This document shows, in pieces, positions 61,598 through 64,000 of a stretch of DNA of 64,000 bases. A program made the translations under genes and the position numbers. Origin of the DNA: the human T2T-CHM13v2.0 reference genome, Homo sapiens. Under the pieces are notes generated by a model. It was not told the DNA's origin and made no database searches. It saw only the letters and a program-made list of their open reading frames with translations. How positions within the stretch are numbered: position 1 is the first letter of the stretch; every line of letters starts with the position of its first letter. The stretch lies in assembly GCF_009914755.1 (NCBI RefSeq), contig NC_060925.1; one strand, written 5' to 3'.

Positions 61598-64000
61598 TTT
61601 AGTATTTTTTAAAACACCCTGATAAATCTGTGATTGCTTAAAATGGGGAGATTTTTAAAATTCCAATTATCTTTTCACAATTAGCATTAAGCCTAGTGTA
61701 AGGACGCTTAGTGGCCTCCATTTCATTTTTCAGATCACATGTGCCAGATCATCACATTCAAATTCAGTAAACACTCATTGCTTGAAGTAGGATTGTATTT
61801 TCAATGTACTGATTTTTTAAAAGTGAGATCTGTGGATAAAAAAGGAACATTTTCCCTTCTTTTTTCTCTAAGGAGTTAGTGGATAGGGGGCCTGGGCTAG
61901 AAGGTCTTAGAAGTCTTAGAAGCTATAATATCCCGATGCTGAAATGCGTGTTGGATGGTTCAAAACACTCACCTGAGAACACATGGCCTTTCAGAAATCA
62001 TGTCTTTAGAGACCCCATGTACTTTGTTAGAAGCCGTATTGTTAGATTCAGATAAATCAACACTTGCTTCTGCTGAGGACTGTATCTTTGCATTATATTC
62101 TATACTGAGTTAAAGATAACTACATTTTTAAAATTTAATTTTCTTTCTCAAACACCATATGTGCTGTTTTGATTGTTTCTGTGAGAGAACTTCACTTCTA
62201 AAAAGTCAACTCTGTAATTATTTAAATCTATTTAAATTTTACAACCTCCTGTTACTTATATTCTTGTTCCTTTTACTAAATCCTAAATGAATGACTTTGG
62301 TTATTTGTATTTCCATAATATTTGAGCTAATTAATAGATTTGAGGTAATCTGCTCTGAATATTTATTTCATTCTCATGTATACACAGTACATTTAAATTT
62401 TTTATTACCTTTGGGTTTTCTAAAAATGTGTCTATAGAAAAAATAAGCTAAATTTTAAACAACATAAAAAAAGTCCATCAGTCCTAGACCTAACTATTCT
62501 TCCTATAGTTGATCCCTTCCATTCTTTTTCTCTTTATTCCTACTTTAAAAACCAAAAAAAGAAACTTTTTTCTTTGACCAGTTTATCTTTTCTTCTTGTT
62601 ATTCTTCTTTATTTTTTAAAATCCCTTTTTTTCTTTTGATTATTAGTGGACTCTTCAACTAATTGTTTCTTGGTTTGGGAAAGGTTAAGTTCGTGCAATT
62701 TCTGCAGAGCTTGCTTTTAAAGATTTGTCCAGGAGGTGGCACTAAAGCACTATAATAAGATTGAGTCACTATAATAAGATTGACATCAATTTTAAAATGT
62801 CACCTGGAAAAAAAAAAATCTCTGAGGAGTCCTGAGGTTGTTACCTGTAAAGAAGGTATGTTTGCAAACAAAGAACAATTTGCACTTGAAATCTTACCAC
62901 AATATAGATTCAATTATGTCCAGTTAAATCCTTTCTCCTGTACAAAAGAAGTAAATATTCTTGTAAAAATAGTAGGAGTTTGTATGAATATGCGTCTCTG
63001 TTAGGGAGAATTAATTGAGACAACCTTTGTCTCCATAGGGTTTTCTAAGTGTTCTATAAAATATTACATTAAATCTGCATAAAATCAGAATTAAAAATGT
63101 ATTTATTAGTATACAGTTCTCATTTGACACAGGGGGATTGGTGTGCACAGTCTATCTCTTATTAGTGTTAATGGGAATTACATGTGTAAATCACCAAGTC
63201 CCAGTGCATGGAGATGAAAATCTCCATAAAGATTAAAATTCTGCATTTGTATTGCTTTTGATTATGGAGAAACTGAAAGTATGATAGTTGTGCTTATATC
63301 TTTAAACTTAGTAGGAATAAGTTGCACCTGAAACAACAGACTCTGAATTTATTCAGTTAAACCTTCAGTTTTTTGTGATGATCAATTCAGAACCAAAAGC
63401 TAGAGAGGCTTCTCAGATTGCCAACCCTGAATCCTGGAATTTAGCCAACCCCGAAGAGCTCCCACAGCTGTTCCCATAGTAGCAGAGGTTGCTTCTGGGT
63501 CTAGCTTCCAAGAAGAAATATCTTCTTTTCGATGCCAGTTCAAGCACCTTAGAAAGAGCAGAGCTTTCTTCTCCCTCCTGACCCTTATCTCTGAAGCTCC
63601 TTCTGCCTCACAAAGTGGGGCTGCCCAGCCTCAGTGGCATTTGTTGCACCTGGCCTCTTCAGAACTCTACCTAGGTTTGAAGCTGGTCCCCAGTGACCCT
63701 CTAGAAGTAAGTCTCTCCAGAACGCCCCCAGGCCCAGGCAGCAAGGAGTAATGTGAGCCACACTGCGGCAACCAGCAGCTCCTGACTGACAGTTCTGGTT
63801 TGGCAGTTAACCAGAAAAGTGAAGAGAGGGTTTTGACAGCTGGGAGATCCCCTGCCCTACAGACCTAGAAGATACTTATGCCAGAAAAAGAAACCCTTCC
63901 ATCCAGGAATGCGAGGAGCCAGTCAGTCTTTTTCTTAGCTGACTGTCTTTCCCTGCTCTGCTTTTCTGAGCGCTGCCCTGCCTAGATGACTAATAAGTAA

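Overview
Human non-coding, AT-rich, CpG-depleted DNA (species call rests on a near-consensus AluYb9, a human-specific subfamily, at 61288-61597). Roughly half of the window is interspersed repeat: Alu/FLAM, old and young L1 (two with twin-priming 5' inversions), L2, MIR, MaLR/ERV1/ERVL solo LTRs, a Tigger and a half HSMAR2 mariner. I see no intact known protein-coding gene, tRNA/rRNA, CpG island or CRISPR array; the longer ORFs in the track are repeat-derived. The most interesting non-repeat signal is a chain of short minus-strand segments with AG...GT splice signals between about 25.7 kb and 10.9 kb. It can be read as a spliced lncRNA/small-ORF transcript downstream of a near-perfect RFX X-box and a co-oriented MER4 LTR, or, more speculatively, as a decayed intron-containing gene resembling the RFX dimerisation domain. 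Four long inverted repeats, an L1-Alu chimera and a foreign repeat block inside an old L1 are also present. Repeat subfamily names and protein resemblances come from recalled consensus sequences by eye, not from a search; boundaries of old repeats are approximate.
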